A stretch of 30,249 bases of DNA. It comes from a virus (Duplodnaviria; Caudoviricetes). The DNA lies in the IMG/VR virus record IMGVR_UViG_3300032295_003049, positions 1 to 30,249 of that record, one strand, 5' to 3'. Position numbers and translations under genes: made by a program. The notes beneath the pieces were generated by a model, which worked only from the letters and a program-made list of their open reading frames with translations, did not search any database and was not told the DNA's origin. Each line of letters starts with the position of its first letter. Within the stretch, counting starts at the first letter, position 1. This document shows positions 1 to 9,303 of the stretch, one piece after another.

Positions 1-123
1 TATAACTACCCGCTTTCACCAATTCAAAAAATTGAACCACATGCAAAGACTTGAAATTACTGATAAAGGCAAAAAGCTTTGCGACTTTGTAACCGAAAAA
101 ACAATGAATGGCGAATTATCAAA
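1..123. repeat. Terminal direct repeat (circular assembly overlap), identical to 30127-30249
   Basis: Exact 123-bp identity of both window ends; it cuts through the ORF at 41..283, so it is a circularity overlap. Confidence 0.95.
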
Positions 124-283
124 TAATGATTTAGTGCAATTAATTGAAGTTGCTGGGGCCTTTCTAAATTTAAAAACAATTTCCGACTATGCAAAGGAAA
201 ACAACCTTTCTTATAATGGCGCAAAACATTTTAGAAAAACAGTTGAAATTTTCAAAACAAGATTTATAATTGATAACGATTAA
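41..283 (+). CDS. Small putative DNA-binding (HTH-like) protein
   Basis: ATG at 41 (TTG at 32 is an alternative start); KTISDYAKENNLSYNGAK resembles a helix-turn-helix; abuts terL. Confidence 0.5.
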   Translation: MQRLEITDKGKKLCDFVTEKTMNGELSNNDLVQLIEVAGAFLNLKTISDYAKENNLSYNGAKHFRKTVEIFKTRFIIDND

Positions 284-285
284 CC

Positions 286-1995
286 ATGAAACCAACCAGA
301 AAACAATTACAATCCGTTCCGTTTCAGTACGCAAAAGCGGTTTCAAGTGGTAAAATTATCACCGGAAACCGCATTAAAAAAGCCGTGCAACGTTTCTATG
401 GTTGGTTAGAAACTGTTGAAAAAGATGGTTTTATCCTGGACCATGAAGCCGGAATGCGTGCCGTAAACTTTTTTCCTACGTTTTTAAACCATACAAAAGG
501 AAAAATGCAAGGTAAACCATTCGTTTTAGCACCGTTTCAGGCGTTTACTATTTATAATCTATTTGGTTGGAAGGATGACAAAGGAAACCGCCGTATCAAT
601 ACCATTTACGATAAACGTGCAAAGAAAAACGGAAAATCAGCAGAAATGGCGGGTTTGGGTTTATACTGCATGTCCTTTGATATGGAAATGGAAGCGGAAA
701 TCTACATCGGGGCCACAAAAGAAGATCAGGCAAAAATATGTTGGGAACAAGCAGCTTCATTCATTAATTCACCAGTAGCAAACAAGGCTTTGGCACAAAT
801 GGGATTCTATACTATGCAGCGCATTGTTGGTTTTCATCCTACAAAATCTAAAATGCGCCCTTTGGGTGGTGATTCTAAAACGCAAGATGGAATTAATGCG
901 CATGTAGCAATTATCGATGAATACCATGCGCACAAAGATGATGGTGTAAAAGAAAATTTAGAATCATCATCGGTACAACGCCGCCAGCCAATAACGTATC
1001 ACATCACTACAGCGGGAACTAACATTGGTTCGGTTTGTAAAAATTATGAAGATTCTGTTATCGAAGTTTTAGAAGGTAGAAAAATAGATCATCACCTTTG
1101 GATTATGATTCACGACCTGGATGAAGAGGATGATTGGGAAGATGAAAAGAATTGGTTAAAAGCTAATCCATTGTTAGGAAACGGATTAGATATTGATAAT
1201 CTACAAAAAGAATTTATCAAAGCTAAAAACCAACCTTCAAAGATTCCAAACTTCAAAACAAAGCATTTGAACATGTGGGTAGATGCACCGCAAATTTGGA
1301 TACCAAACGAAATTTGGAAACGTAATAAAGTAGATATTCTTCCGTTAGGTAATTTCAGTAAGTTCGGAAGTTATGCAGCACTCGATTTATCAACCACTAC
1401 AGATATAACAGCATTTGTAATAGTTTCCGAACCTGATGAAGATGAAATTCGTTACATAAAACCGATATTCTTTTGCCCTGAAGATACGATTGAACGTAGA
1501 AGTAAAGAAGATAGAGTTCCTTACAGATATTGGCGCGATGCAGGTTACATAATTGCTACACCAGGTGAAGTAGTAGATTATGCAATTGTTGAAGATACCA
1601 TACAACAACAATTTCCAAAACTAAACATCATTCGTTTAGAAGTAGACCGCTGGAATGCAACATCTGTAGTTACTAATTTGATGGAAGCTGGTGTTGAAGT
1701 TTCTTACTTCAATCAGTCAATTGCAAATATGTCATTTCCAACTAAAACATTTGAAAAATTAGTATTCGAAGGAAAACTTAAGCACGATGGAAATCCAATA
1801 TTAGAATGGATGCTATCAGGTTGTATAGTAATTTCCGATGCAAACGAAAACATTAAAATTCACAAAGGTAATTCTAACAAACACGGCAAACGTGTCGATG
1901 GAATTATCGCAACCATAATGGCTTTAGGTGGTTCTATGTCGCCTAAAGAAGAAGTTTCAAAATATAGTAAACCAACAGATGACATTTACATATGA
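286..1995 (+). CDS. terL: Terminase large subunit
   Basis: LAPFQ Q-motif, Walker A AKKNGKS, Walker B IIDEYH, ITTAG coupling motif, nuclease LDLS/DRWNA/RVDGIIA. Confidence 0.95.
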   Translation: MKPTRKQLQSVPFQYAKAVSSGKIITGNRIKKAVQRFYGWLETVEKDGFILDHEAGMRAVNFFPTFLNHTKGKMQGKPFVLAPFQAFTIYNLFGWKDDKGNRRINTIYDKRAKKNGKSAEMAGLGLYCMSFDMEMEAEIYIGATKEDQAKICWEQAASFINSPVANKALAQMGFYTMQRIVGFHPTKSKMRPLGGDSKTQDGINAHVAIIDEYHAHKDDGVKENLESSSVQRRQPITYHITTAGTNIGSVCKNYEDSVIEVLEGRKIDHHLWIMIHDLDEEDDWEDEKNWLKANPLLGNGLDIDNLQKEFIKAKNQPSKIPNFKTKHLNMWVDAPQIWIPNEIWKRNKVDILPLGNFSKFGSYAALDLSTTTDITAFVIVSEPDEDEIRYIKPIFFCPEDTIERRSKEDRVPYRYWRDAGYIIATPGEVVDYAIVEDTIQQQFPKLNIIRLEVDRWNATSVVTNLMEAGVEVSYFNQSIANMSFPTKTFEKLVFEGKLKHDGNPILEWMLSGCIVISDANENIKIHKGNSNKHGKRVDGIIATIMALGGSMSPKEEVSKYSKPTDDIYI

Positions 1996-2237
1996 CAGCA
2001 CAGGAACAACATTTAGCCGCCTTAATTGAAAAATTAAAAAAAGAAAACGAAATCATTCGTAAAATTGGAACCGTTACCGGATTTTATGAATATTATTTCC
2101 AACAATTAAAAAATCATAAAACAGAAATCGAATGCTTTGAGGCTGTCAATGATTTGTATTTCGAATATTTTGGTGAGTACAAGTATTCATCGTATGACAG
2201 TTTTAGAAAAGTAAAAAACAAACACCTAAAAAAATGA
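1992..2237 (+). CDS. Hypothetical phage protein
   Basis: 81 aa, ATGA-coupled to terL and to the next ORF. Confidence 0.75.
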   Translation: MTAQEQHLAALIEKLKKENEIIRKIGTVTGFYEYYFQQLKNHKTEIECFEAVNDLYFEYFGEYKYSSYDSFRKVKNKHLKK

Positions 2238-2413
2238 GAAAATATATAATTTCAGTAAGTATATTAATCGTAATGATGCTGCTAATTTTTGCAGCTTCAT
2301 TGCTATTGGATTTACAATTCATCCAACAAAGAATCGTGCGACAAATAGCAGTGTATGCTTTAATGGTACTTATAGTATTAATCTGTTTTAAAATCGATAA
2401 AGAAATATCATGA
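2234..2413 (+). CDS. Small two-TM membrane protein (59 aa, not in ORF track)
   Basis: MRKYIISVSILIVMMLLIFAASLLLDLQ...; ATGA overlaps at both ends. Confidence 0.65.
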   Translation: MRKYIISVSILIVMMLLIFAASLLLDLQFIQQRIVRQIAVYALMVLIVLICFKIDKEIS

Positions 2414-2643
2414 AAATCTTCCTTCAATCATTCTTTCAAGTTGGATTAGTAGCTATCAATACAATGCTAATTGCAAAAGGATATATTTATGGCGTGTTCC
2501 TGGTTAGTTTCTTAATTAGCTTACTATGGGCGTTCAATGTCAGTAAGGTAGCAATTTCAACTTTGAATCAAAAACTAACTTATGCTTTAGGCGCTGGATG
2601 TGGTGCTGTAAGTGGATTGTTTATTATTAAAATTTTTATATAA
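2410..2643 (+). CDS. Small multi-TM membrane protein
   Basis: 77 aa, three hydrophobic segments, translationally coupled. Confidence 0.7.
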   Translation: MKIFLQSFFQVGLVAINTMLIAKGYIYGVFLVSFLISLLWAFNVSKVAISTLNQKLTYALGAGCGAVSGLFIIKIFI

Positions 2644-2783
2644 TGAAACCATTAGTTTATCCATTTACTTATGAAGAATGGCTTGCGCATCCATCTACAA
2701 AGCCAAAACTAAAATGGTGTAAAAAAATGGGTAAAATCTTAGATAAAATGCGAGAATCAAAACAATTAAAATTAAATCTATAA
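2643..2783 (+). CDS. Hypothetical protein (46 aa, not in ORF track)
   Basis: MKPLVYPFTYEEWLAHPSTKPKLKWCKK...QLKLNL; TAATG coupling. Confidence 0.55.
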   Translation: MKPLVYPFTYEEWLAHPSTKPKLKWCKKMGKILDKMRESKQLKLNL

Positions 2784-2784
2784 A

Positions 2785-2937
2785 ATGAATCCAAACTTAA
2801 AAGCCAAAACCTTAAAAATGGCAATTACATCATTGCCTGAAGCAAAATCCTATCCAGTAAACATAATTACAATCGCAGTAGGTCAATACCGTTTAAAATT
2901 CGAAAAACACCAAGATGAATGGTATTTTAAAGAGTAA
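2785..2937 (+). CDS. Hypothetical protein (50 aa, not in ORF track)
   Basis: MNPNLKAKTLKMAITSLPEAKSYP...EWYFKE; starts 1 nt after the previous stop. Confidence 0.55.
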   Translation: MNPNLKAKTLKMAITSLPEAKSYPVNIITIAVGQYRLKFEKHQDEWYFKE

Positions 2938-2941
2938 ATAC

Positions 2942-2992
2942 AAAAACGGAACAAAGTTACACACTTAAAACACTAAACGCCTATAATTTAGC
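2942..2992 (+). promoter_or_regulatory. Putative late promoter 1 (22-bp box + TAnnTTAG)
   Basis: AAAAACGGAACAAAGTTACACA at 2942-2963, 20-nt spacer, TAATTTAGC; same layout at 9340-9390. Confidence 0.7.
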
Positions 2993-3010
2993 ACATATAA
3001 AAGCTAAGTT

Positions 3011-4228
3011 ATGGGCGTTTTAAGTGATATAATTTCTACAAAAAGAGCAGCAGAAACAACACAAGTAGGTAGTGGATTTGGTGGTATCTTTGATTTATCT
3101 GGGTTTATTGGTGGCGGTGGTTCCGGTACTATGGCTACACCTAAAACCGCACTTACAATTTCGGCTTTTTACAATGGAGTAGAGCAAATCAGTAACGATA
3201 TTGCGAAGCTTCCTAAATCTGTTTACGTAAAAGATGGAAATTCACGTAACAAAGATTCCGAAAACCCAATAAACTACCTTTTAAATACAGCGCCAAACGA
3301 TTTAATGACTGCATTCGATTTTTGGAAAATTATCGTTATTTCTGCAATTATTAAAGGGGATGGTTTTGCTAGAATTGTACGAAATAAGCAAAGTGGCTTA
3401 GAAGAAAGTTACATCTTCTTAGATTATGATGATGTAAAAGTGTACAAGCAAGGCGGAAAAATGTTCTACACGTTCAAAGGTGAAACAATTACTTCTGAAG
3501 ATATGTTTCATTTGAAATATTTTTCTTTAGATGGTTTGCGTGGTATTTCCTTAATTAAATACGCTGCAAAGCAATTAGGTATTTCTTTAGATGCGCAAAA
3601 CTACGGATCAGAAGTGTATAAAGACAAAGGAATTGGTTACGGTGTTTTAGAAACTGATAAATCGGTTGAAGTAAACAACAAAAAAGCTATTGAAGCTGGT
3701 TTTGCTGCTAAAATGACTTCGGGCGCAAAATACAAAACCGCTTTGTTAGATGAAGGATTCAAATATAAATCCATCACAATTACACCAGCTGAAGCGCAAT
3801 TTTTAGAAACTAACAAATATGGAGTTTTAGAAGTGTGCCGTTGGTTAAATATCAACCCACACAAAGTAAAAGATTACACTTCAGGAACCTACGCAAACGT
3901 ATATCAACAATCAATCGAACACACGCAAGATTCAATTATGCCGTGGGCCATCCGTATTGAACAAGAAATCGACAGAAAATCGTTTGCAAAAGATTCGAAT
4001 AAGTACTTCAAAATTAACATAAACGCATTGTTGCGTGGTGATTTAGAATCAAAGCGTAATTATTACACCGCAATGATTTACGCGGGTATTATGACGCGTA
4101 ATGAAGTACGTGCTTTAGAAGAAATGAATCCTATTGATGGATTAGATGAAATATTACAACCAGTAAACATGCAAGCTTTATCCTTAGTGTTAAAGCAAAA
4201 TGAAAATCCTGAAAATAGTAAAGTATAA
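3011..4228 (+). CDS. HK97-family portal protein
   Basis: 405 aa; ISNDIAKLP, LDGLRGIS, EAQFLET, LLRGD, MTRNEVRALEEMNP motifs; position after terL. Confidence 0.95.
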   Translation: MGVLSDIISTKRAAETTQVGSGFGGIFDLSGFIGGGGSGTMATPKTALTISAFYNGVEQISNDIAKLPKSVYVKDGNSRNKDSENPINYLLNTAPNDLMTAFDFWKIIVISAIIKGDGFARIVRNKQSGLEESYIFLDYDDVKVYKQGGKMFYTFKGETITSEDMFHLKYFSLDGLRGISLIKYAAKQLGISLDAQNYGSEVYKDKGIGYGVLETDKSVEVNNKKAIEAGFAAKMTSGAKYKTALLDEGFKYKSITITPAEAQFLETNKYGVLEVCRWLNINPHKVKDYTSGTYANVYQQSIEHTQDSIMPWAIRIEQEIDRKSFAKDSNKYFKININALLRGDLESKRNYYTAMIYAGIMTRNEVRALEEMNPIDGLDEILQPVNMQALSLVLKQNENPENSKV

Positions 4229-4854
4229 TGAATATGAAACTAGAATTAAATAAAGCAGTAGTTCGTGAAGCCGTTATTCGTGCTTTATCCGAAGAAAACA
4301 TAAAAAACCGCGAAGCGGAATTTGTTATTTCTACTGAAGCTATTGATACCTATGGAACGGTATTTAAAATGAGTGGGTGGGATTTAAAAAGATATGAAGC
4401 TAATCCAGTAGTTTTTTATGCGCATCGTTCTTATTCTGACAATCCTGATATGTTAATTGGAACATCTTCTGTTTTTACAGATGGTGATCAGTTAATTGGT
4501 AGAATTCGTTTTGAAGATGCAGATACAAATCCAATTGCTGAAAAGGTTTGGAAAAAAGTACAAGCGGGAACATTACGTATGGCTTCTATTGGTGCAAATC
4601 CAAAACGTGGTCATTGGGGTGATGAAAAGTTAGGGGAAGATAAAGATGTGATTTATTTTGATGAACAAGAATTGTTAGAATGGTCCATTGTTCCTATTGG
4701 TTCTAATCCTGATGCTTTAAAACGTGAAGCACAAACATTAGAAGAAATTCGTGCGGAAATGATTAAAGGTATTGAGGTTGTAACACCTGAAAACCTTTCG
4801 TTTCACAACAGAAATTTAAGAGAAAAAGAGTTTGAATTGTTGAATAATAAATAA
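4228..4854 (+). CDS. HK97-family prohead protease
   Basis: NPVVFYAH, SIG, LLEWSIVPIGSNPDA motifs; lies between portal and capsid. Confidence 0.9.
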   Translation: MNMKLELNKAVVREAVIRALSEENIKNREAEFVISTEAIDTYGTVFKMSGWDLKRYEANPVVFYAHRSYSDNPDMLIGTSSVFTDGDQLIGRIRFEDADTNPIAEKVWKKVQAGTLRMASIGANPKRGHWGDEKLGEDKDVIYFDEQELLEWSIVPIGSNPDALKREAQTLEEIRAEMIKGIEVVTPENLSFHNRNLREKEFELLNNK

Positions 4855-4865
4855 ATCCGGTTAAA

Positions 4866-6170
4866 ATGAAAAAAAGTGATGCTTTAAAGCAACAACGCCA
4901 TGCAGCAAACGAATTGCAGTTAGCGTTAATTAACAAGGCAAAGGCTGAAAACAGAGATTTCACCGATGCTGAAAATGGGGAATTTGATACGCGTAAAGCT
5001 GACATGGAAGCTTTAGACACGCAAATCAATAGAGCCTTAGAAATGGAAGCTGTGGAAGCTAGAGCAGCTGCTACATCTGCAACATTCGTTCCTGGTAACG
5101 ATGGTGAGCAAAAAGAAAAAGAGAACATGCAAAAGCGTTTCTCAATCAGTAAAGCTTTAAGAGAAGCTAACCCAGCAATGGGTGGTGGTAAACTTACAGG
5201 TTTAGAAAAAGAAATCCATGAAATGGGTATTGAAGAAAGTAGAAATGCGGGTGTTTCAACTCCTGCTGATACGGTATTCTCTTTACCATTATCTATGTTG
5301 CGTGCTACTCAACAAACAGTAACACAAGATTCGGGTTCTTATGGTGGTGCATTAGTGCAAAATCAAGCGCCTAGAATGGTGGAGCCTTTAAGACCACGTT
5401 TGGTTTTTGAAGATTTAGGTGCAACGTTCTTAACTGGTTTAACCGGTGGAAATATTCCTTTAGTAGTAGGTAACGATTTTGCAATGGAATTCCTTGCAGA
5501 AGGTGCTGCAATTACACCACAAAAGAAAACATTTGCTGGTCCTACTTTAGCGCCTAAACGTGCGGGTGGTGCGGTTGATATTTCTAACCAATTATTGTTA
5601 CAATCATCTTTAGATGTAGAAACAATGATTATGAATGGTTTAAGCAATGGTTTTGCGCAATTATTACATGCGGCATGTATTAATGGTGCGGGTGGTGTTG
5701 CTCCTACAGGTTTATTATCTGTTTCAGGTGTAAATGTATCTACTCAATCAGGATCAGGTGCTTCTACTTGGGCAAGAATTGTGGAATTACAAGCATTAAT
5801 TGAAGAAGATAATGCTACAGAGCAATCTTTAGGATATTTATTACATCCTAAATTAAAAGCGGCTTTAAAACAAATCACTAAAGATGCTGGATCAGGTCGT
5901 TTCTTATATGAAGGTGGTTTAATTGATGGTGTTAAAGCGGTTTCTTCTTCTTTAGTTCCGGTTTTAGATGCTTCAGGAACTGCTGTTTATCCATTAATTT
6001 ATGGTGATTTCTCGCAAATGACTATTGGTCAATGGGGTGCAATCAATGTGTCAATTAATCCTTATTCTGCTGATTTATCTAATTCAGTACGTTTAGTGTT
6101 AAATACACATGCTGACATGCAAATTGCTAATCCTAAAGCATTTGCTAAAAACGCATTGTTAACTGCTTAA
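4866..6170 (+). CDS. HK97-fold major capsid protein with N-terminal delta (scaffold) domain
   Basis: Coiled-coil N-terminus, GGALV, TLAPKR..ISNQLL, INGAG..PTGL, YGDFS motifs. Confidence 0.93.
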   Translation: MKKSDALKQQRHAANELQLALINKAKAENRDFTDAENGEFDTRKADMEALDTQINRALEMEAVEARAAATSATFVPGNDGEQKEKENMQKRFSISKALREANPAMGGGKLTGLEKEIHEMGIEESRNAGVSTPADTVFSLPLSMLRATQQTVTQDSGSYGGALVQNQAPRMVEPLRPRLVFEDLGATFLTGLTGGNIPLVVGNDFAMEFLAEGAAITPQKKTFAGPTLAPKRAGGAVDISNQLLLQSSLDVETMIMNGLSNGFAQLLHAACINGAGGVAPTGLLSVSGVNVSTQSGSGASTWARIVELQALIEEDNATEQSLGYLLHPKLKAALKQITKDAGSGRFLYEGGLIDGVKAVSSSLVPVLDASGTAVYPLIYGDFSQMTIGQWGAINVSINPYSADLSNSVRLVLNTHADMQIANPKAFAKNALLTA

Positions 6171-6180
6171 TTAAATTAAG

Positions 6181-6369
6181 ATGGCAGATGCTAAAAATAA
6201 AGAAGGTGCTGAAAAAGCACCTTCTTCTAAAAAAGTAAAAGTAGAAGCTTTAGTAAATCTAGCAGGAACTTATGGATTAGCATGGAGTGCTGGTCAAGTT
6301 TTTGAAATTGAAGAAAAACAAGCAAACGAACTTGTTGAAGCTAAAGCGGTTGAATTAGTTAAAAAGTAA
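6181..6369 (+). CDS. Small capsid-associated/accessory protein
   Basis: 62 aa directly after the capsid gene; GQVFEIEEKQANELVEAKAVE is typical of post-capsid small proteins. Confidence 0.65.
   Translation: MADAKNKEGAEKAPSSKKVKVEALVNLAGTYGLAWSAGQVFEIEEKQANELVEAKAVELVKK
6200..6226 (+). terminator. Intragenic hairpin downstream of the capsid gene (weak terminator or RNA stabiliser)
   Basis: AAGAAGGTGCT-GAAAA-AGCACCTTCTT, perfect 11-bp stem; no long U tract. Confidence 0.45.
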
Positions 6370-6374
6370 TCGAA

Positions 6375-6926
6375 ATGGTAACAGATGTACAAATAACACC
6401 CGGAACTGCTACAACAGTAGTAACCTTAGCAAAAGCTAAAAAGCATTTGCGAGTGGAAGCTGATTTTATGGATGAAGATGATTTAATCCAGGATTATATT
6501 GATGCAGCAGTAACGCAAGCAGAAAACTATATTGGCGGACATATTACTGAAAAAAATATGATCATCAAAATGACTGGTTTTGATAATCCGTTGGTGTTTG
6601 AAGCATTTCCTTTGAAAGAAGTTACATCTGTAAAATATTTTGAACAAGGTGTAGAAGATGAAGTTACTATGGATGCGGTAAATTATTCGCTAACTGCTGA
6701 AACCAGTAAGCGTTTTGCTTTGCGTTTTAAAACTGATTTGCCTACAGTTCAATATAGATTTGATGCAGTAACTGCTACTATTAAGGTAGGAATGACTGCA
6801 ATCGATAAACCTATTTCGCAAGCTGTTTTATTAATGGTTGCTGATATGTATGAACGTAGAGAAGATAGAGCAGAAGTAATGTCTACTGCTGCAATGTCTT
6901 TGCTTCGAACTTATAAAAAATTCTAG
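6375..6926 (+). CDS. Head-tail connector (HK97 gp6-like)
   Basis: VTLAKAKKHLRV..DEDDLIQDYIDAA, ISQAVLLMVADMYERRE. Confidence 0.9.
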   Translation: MVTDVQITPGTATTVVTLAKAKKHLRVEADFMDEDDLIQDYIDAAVTQAENYIGGHITEKNMIIKMTGFDNPLVFEAFPLKEVTSVKYFEQGVEDEVTMDAVNYSLTAETSKRFALRFKTDLPTVQYRFDAVTATIKVGMTAIDKPISQAVLLMVADMYERREDRAEVMSTAAMSLLRTYKKF

Positions 6927-6928
6927 TC

Positions 6929-7258
6929 ATGGAAAATCCTTTCATCGGGCAAATGGACCGCAAAATTGAAGTTATTGAGTTAGTGAAAGTGCCTACTTCT
7001 ACAGGTAGTGTTACAACTACTGAAGAAGTAATTGCGAATCCTTTTGCCTACATGAATGAGATTTCCGGTAATGAAGATGCAGAAGGTAAAATTCGCCATT
7101 TGGTAAATCGCACTTATGCAATTCGTTACAATGCTGAAATTTTAGCAAAAAGCAACGCATTAAAGGTTAAAGATGGAAATGAAACTTTCGATGTAATTCA
7201 TGTAAAAGAATTAGGTAGAAAAAAGCATTTGCAACTAATGGTTAAATTGTATGTGTAA
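6929..7258 (+). CDS. Head closure / head-tail adaptor (SPP1 gp16-like)
   Basis: IGQMDRKIEV, IRY motifs; size and gene order. Confidence 0.8.
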   Translation: MENPFIGQMDRKIEVIELVKVPTSTGSVTTTEEVIANPFAYMNEISGNEDAEGKIRHLVNRTYAIRYNAEILAKSNALKVKDGNETFDVIHVKELGRKKHLQLMVKLYV

Positions 7259-7779
7259 TGGCTAAACCATTTGTAGAAATAACTGGGTTTCCTGAATTGG
7301 AAATGAAAATCAAAGCATTAGGCAATGATAAGGATAAGAAAAGGGAAGTTATCGGTTTGCTTAAACAAGTGGCAAATAGCACGGTTAAAGCGGCAAGGCA
7401 ATCGGCACCTATTTCTAAGAAAAAACACGTAGCACGTGGGCGCATCATCCAACCTGGTAACTTAAAAAAATCTATCGGCACTATTGTAGGTAGAAAAGGA
7501 AATGCAAAAGATAACCCTACAGTATATGTAGGACCTCGTGCAAAAGGCAAACAGGATGGTTGGTATGGTCATTTCGTAGAATATGGTTTTAATGTGTACA
7601 ACAAAGGGTATAAGCGAAAACGAAAAGCGGGTGCAAACAATGGTGCTGCAATTCGTAGAACTAGAGCAAATCCTTTCATGAAAAACGCATACGAACAAAC
7701 AAAAGGGGTAGTAACGCAAGAATCCGAAGCTAAAGTAGCGCGTTACATACAAAAACGAATCGATAAATTAAGTAAATAA
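7258..7779 (+). CDS. HK97 gp10-like neck/tail completion protein
   Basis: ITGFPEL, AP...GNLKKSI, WYGHFVEYG, NPFMKNAY. Confidence 0.88.
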   Translation: MAKPFVEITGFPELEMKIKALGNDKDKKREVIGLLKQVANSTVKAARQSAPISKKKHVARGRIIQPGNLKKSIGTIVGRKGNAKDNPTVYVGPRAKGKQDGWYGHFVEYGFNVYNKGYKRKRKAGANNGAAIRRTRANPFMKNAYEQTKGVVTQESEAKVARYIQKRIDKLSK

Positions 7780-8126
7780 TGTTTGAATTTTCAGAAATAC
7801 TATTCAGTTTTTTTACACAAAATAGCACATTTGCTGCTACAATGGGATTGCGTTTATATCCTATTATAGCACCTGAAGATGTAGTTATTCCTTTTGCAAC
7901 CTATAGTTTAGAAGGTAGAGAAATCGAAAGTAAAGATGCTGATTTATATCGTGCTACTTTGTTTTTTTGGTTCCAGGAAAACCAATACAATGAAGCTTTG
8001 CAATTTACAGATCAGATGATTGAAATTATAAAAGCTTCAAACAATTTTGAATACGAATCTTCAACAGTAGAGTACTTAGAAGAAAACAACTCTTATGCAG
8101 GAGTAATCAACTTAATAAAATTATAA
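7779..8126 (+). CDS. Tail terminator protein
   Basis: RLYPIIAPE..PFATY motif; lies before the tail tube gene. Confidence 0.75.
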   Translation: MFEFSEILFSFFTQNSTFAATMGLRLYPIIAPEDVVIPFATYSLEGREIESKDADLYRATLFFWFQENQYNEALQFTDQMIEIIKASNNFEYESSTVEYLEENNSYAGVINLIKL

Positions 8127-8129
8127 AAA

Positions 8130-8552
8130 ATGGCAGCAGGACAAGCTTATAAAGGCAAGAACCTACGTATTAAAGTGGATGATGAAACCATCTTTCATGC
8201 TACAGAATGTTCTTTTAATTCTTCTATGTCTTTAGAAGAAATTGCTACTAAAGATACCGATGGTAACTTAGTAGTTTCAGGAAATTATACTTGGGGTGTG
8301 GCTACTAATATGTTAGTAGCAGATAAAGCAGTAGGATCTACGCAAGAAGATTTTGTTTCTTTATTAAACAAACACAAAGCGGGTACGCAAGTTGAAATCG
8401 CATTCACTACAGGAACAACTGGTGATATTATTATTACAGGAAACGCCTATATTGAATCAATTAACTTTACAGCACCTACAAGTGGTTTTGCTACGGGTGA
8501 TGCATCGTTTAAAGGAAGTGGTGATTATACAGTAGGAACAGTTCCAGTATAG
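8130..8552 (+). CDS. Major tail tube protein
   Basis: 140 aa; KGKNL, EIATKD, W, GNAYIESI, SFKGSG siphovirus tube motifs. Confidence 0.88.
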   Translation: MAAGQAYKGKNLRIKVDDETIFHATECSFNSSMSLEEIATKDTDGNLVVSGNYTWGVATNMLVADKAVGSTQEDFVSLLNKHKAGTQVEIAFTTGTTGDIIITGNAYIESINFTAPTSGFATGDASFKGSGDYTVGTVPV

Positions 8553-8553
8553 T

Positions 8554-8925
8554 ATGAATATCACATTAAATAATAAAAGCTACAGCCTGAAATTCGGGCT
8601 GGGCTTTTTTAGAAAATTAGGTGAAGTGTATGGTGATACAACCTTGAACCAAACTATTGCACGTTTATCGGTATTGGATGGTATTAAAGAGGATATTCCG
8701 TATGAATTTATGGATTTAATCGAAAACCTTGTTATTGCAGCTGCAACTAATGGTGGTAAAGATTTAGTTGCAATGTTACATGTAAAAGATGTTATTTTAG
8801 AAACGGTATTTTCTAATCCCGAAGTTTTAAAAGAAATTATTGAAGGAATTGTAGCTTCAATGCCAAAACAAAACGCCGACCAGGGAAAGCAGAAAGCGCC
8901 GACAAAAATGAGCGCAAAGAAGTAA
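8554..8925 (+). CDS. Tail assembly chaperone (lambda gpG-like)
   Basis: Between tube and tape measure; YSLKFG motif; in-frame G GGA AAG slippery site near the 3' end. Confidence 0.85.
   Translation: MNITLNNKSYSLKFGLGFFRKLGEVYGDTTLNQTIARLSVLDGIKEDIPYEFMDLIENLVIAAATNGGKDLVAMLHVKDVILETVFSNPEVLKEIIEGIVASMPKQNADQGKQKAPTKMSAKK
8575..8610 (+). terminator. Intrinsic terminator-like hairpin inside the 5' end of the chaperone gene
   Basis: AAAAGC-TA-CAGCCTGA-AAT-TCGGGCTG-G-GCTTTTTT; GC-rich stem followed by T6. Confidence 0.6.
8883..8889 (+). other. Programmed -1 ribosomal frameshift site GGGAAAG
   Basis: Codons CAG GGA AAG in the 8554 frame; the -1 frame is open from 8889 to the stop at 9275. Confidence 0.88.
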
Positions 8926-9275
8926 CCTGGGATGAACTAGAAACAATTGCTTTAGGCGAAATAGGATTGCAAATTGATTATTTCTATTCGTTAACCTACC
9001 GACAATTTGTAAACACCTTAGATGGTTTTAGAAGAAAGCAAGAAGCCGAATCTAAAGAACGTTTAATTATCATGCGAAAAATAGCCTATGCGGCAATTTT
9101 ACCACATTTAAAAGACAAAACATCCGAAACAGATTTTATGCCATTCGATTGGGAAAAAGAAACCATCGAATTCGTAAATAAAAAAACAACCGAAGAACTA
9201 AAAACGGAATTGCAAGAACAAAAAGAGTTTTGGAAAAAAATAGATTTAGCAAAAGCTAAAAACAATACATGTTAG
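8889..9275 (+). CDS. Frameshift extension of the tail chaperone (gpT-like part of the gpGT fusion 8554..9275)
   Basis: -1 frame reads AESADKNERKEVTWDELETIALGEIGL into ORF 8967..9275, which has only a TTG start. Confidence 0.82.
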   Translation, partial: AESADKNERKEVTWDELETIALGEIGLQIDYFYSLTYRQFVNTLDGFRRKQEAESKERLIIMRKIAYAAILPHLKDKTSETDFMPFDWEKETIEFVNKKTTEELKTELQEQKEFWKKIDLAKAKNNTC

Positions 9276-9303
9276 TTCTTTTTTAAATTTGGTTAATCTT
9301 GAG

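Noticed and set aside
1-123. 123-bp end repeat as a biological terminal repeat
   Set aside because: It interrupts an ORF, and the HNH/P27-TerS layout points to cos packaging; best explained as assembly overlap
8967-9275. Independent gene starting at TTG 8967
   Set aside because: Better explained as the -1 frameshift extension of the upstream chaperone
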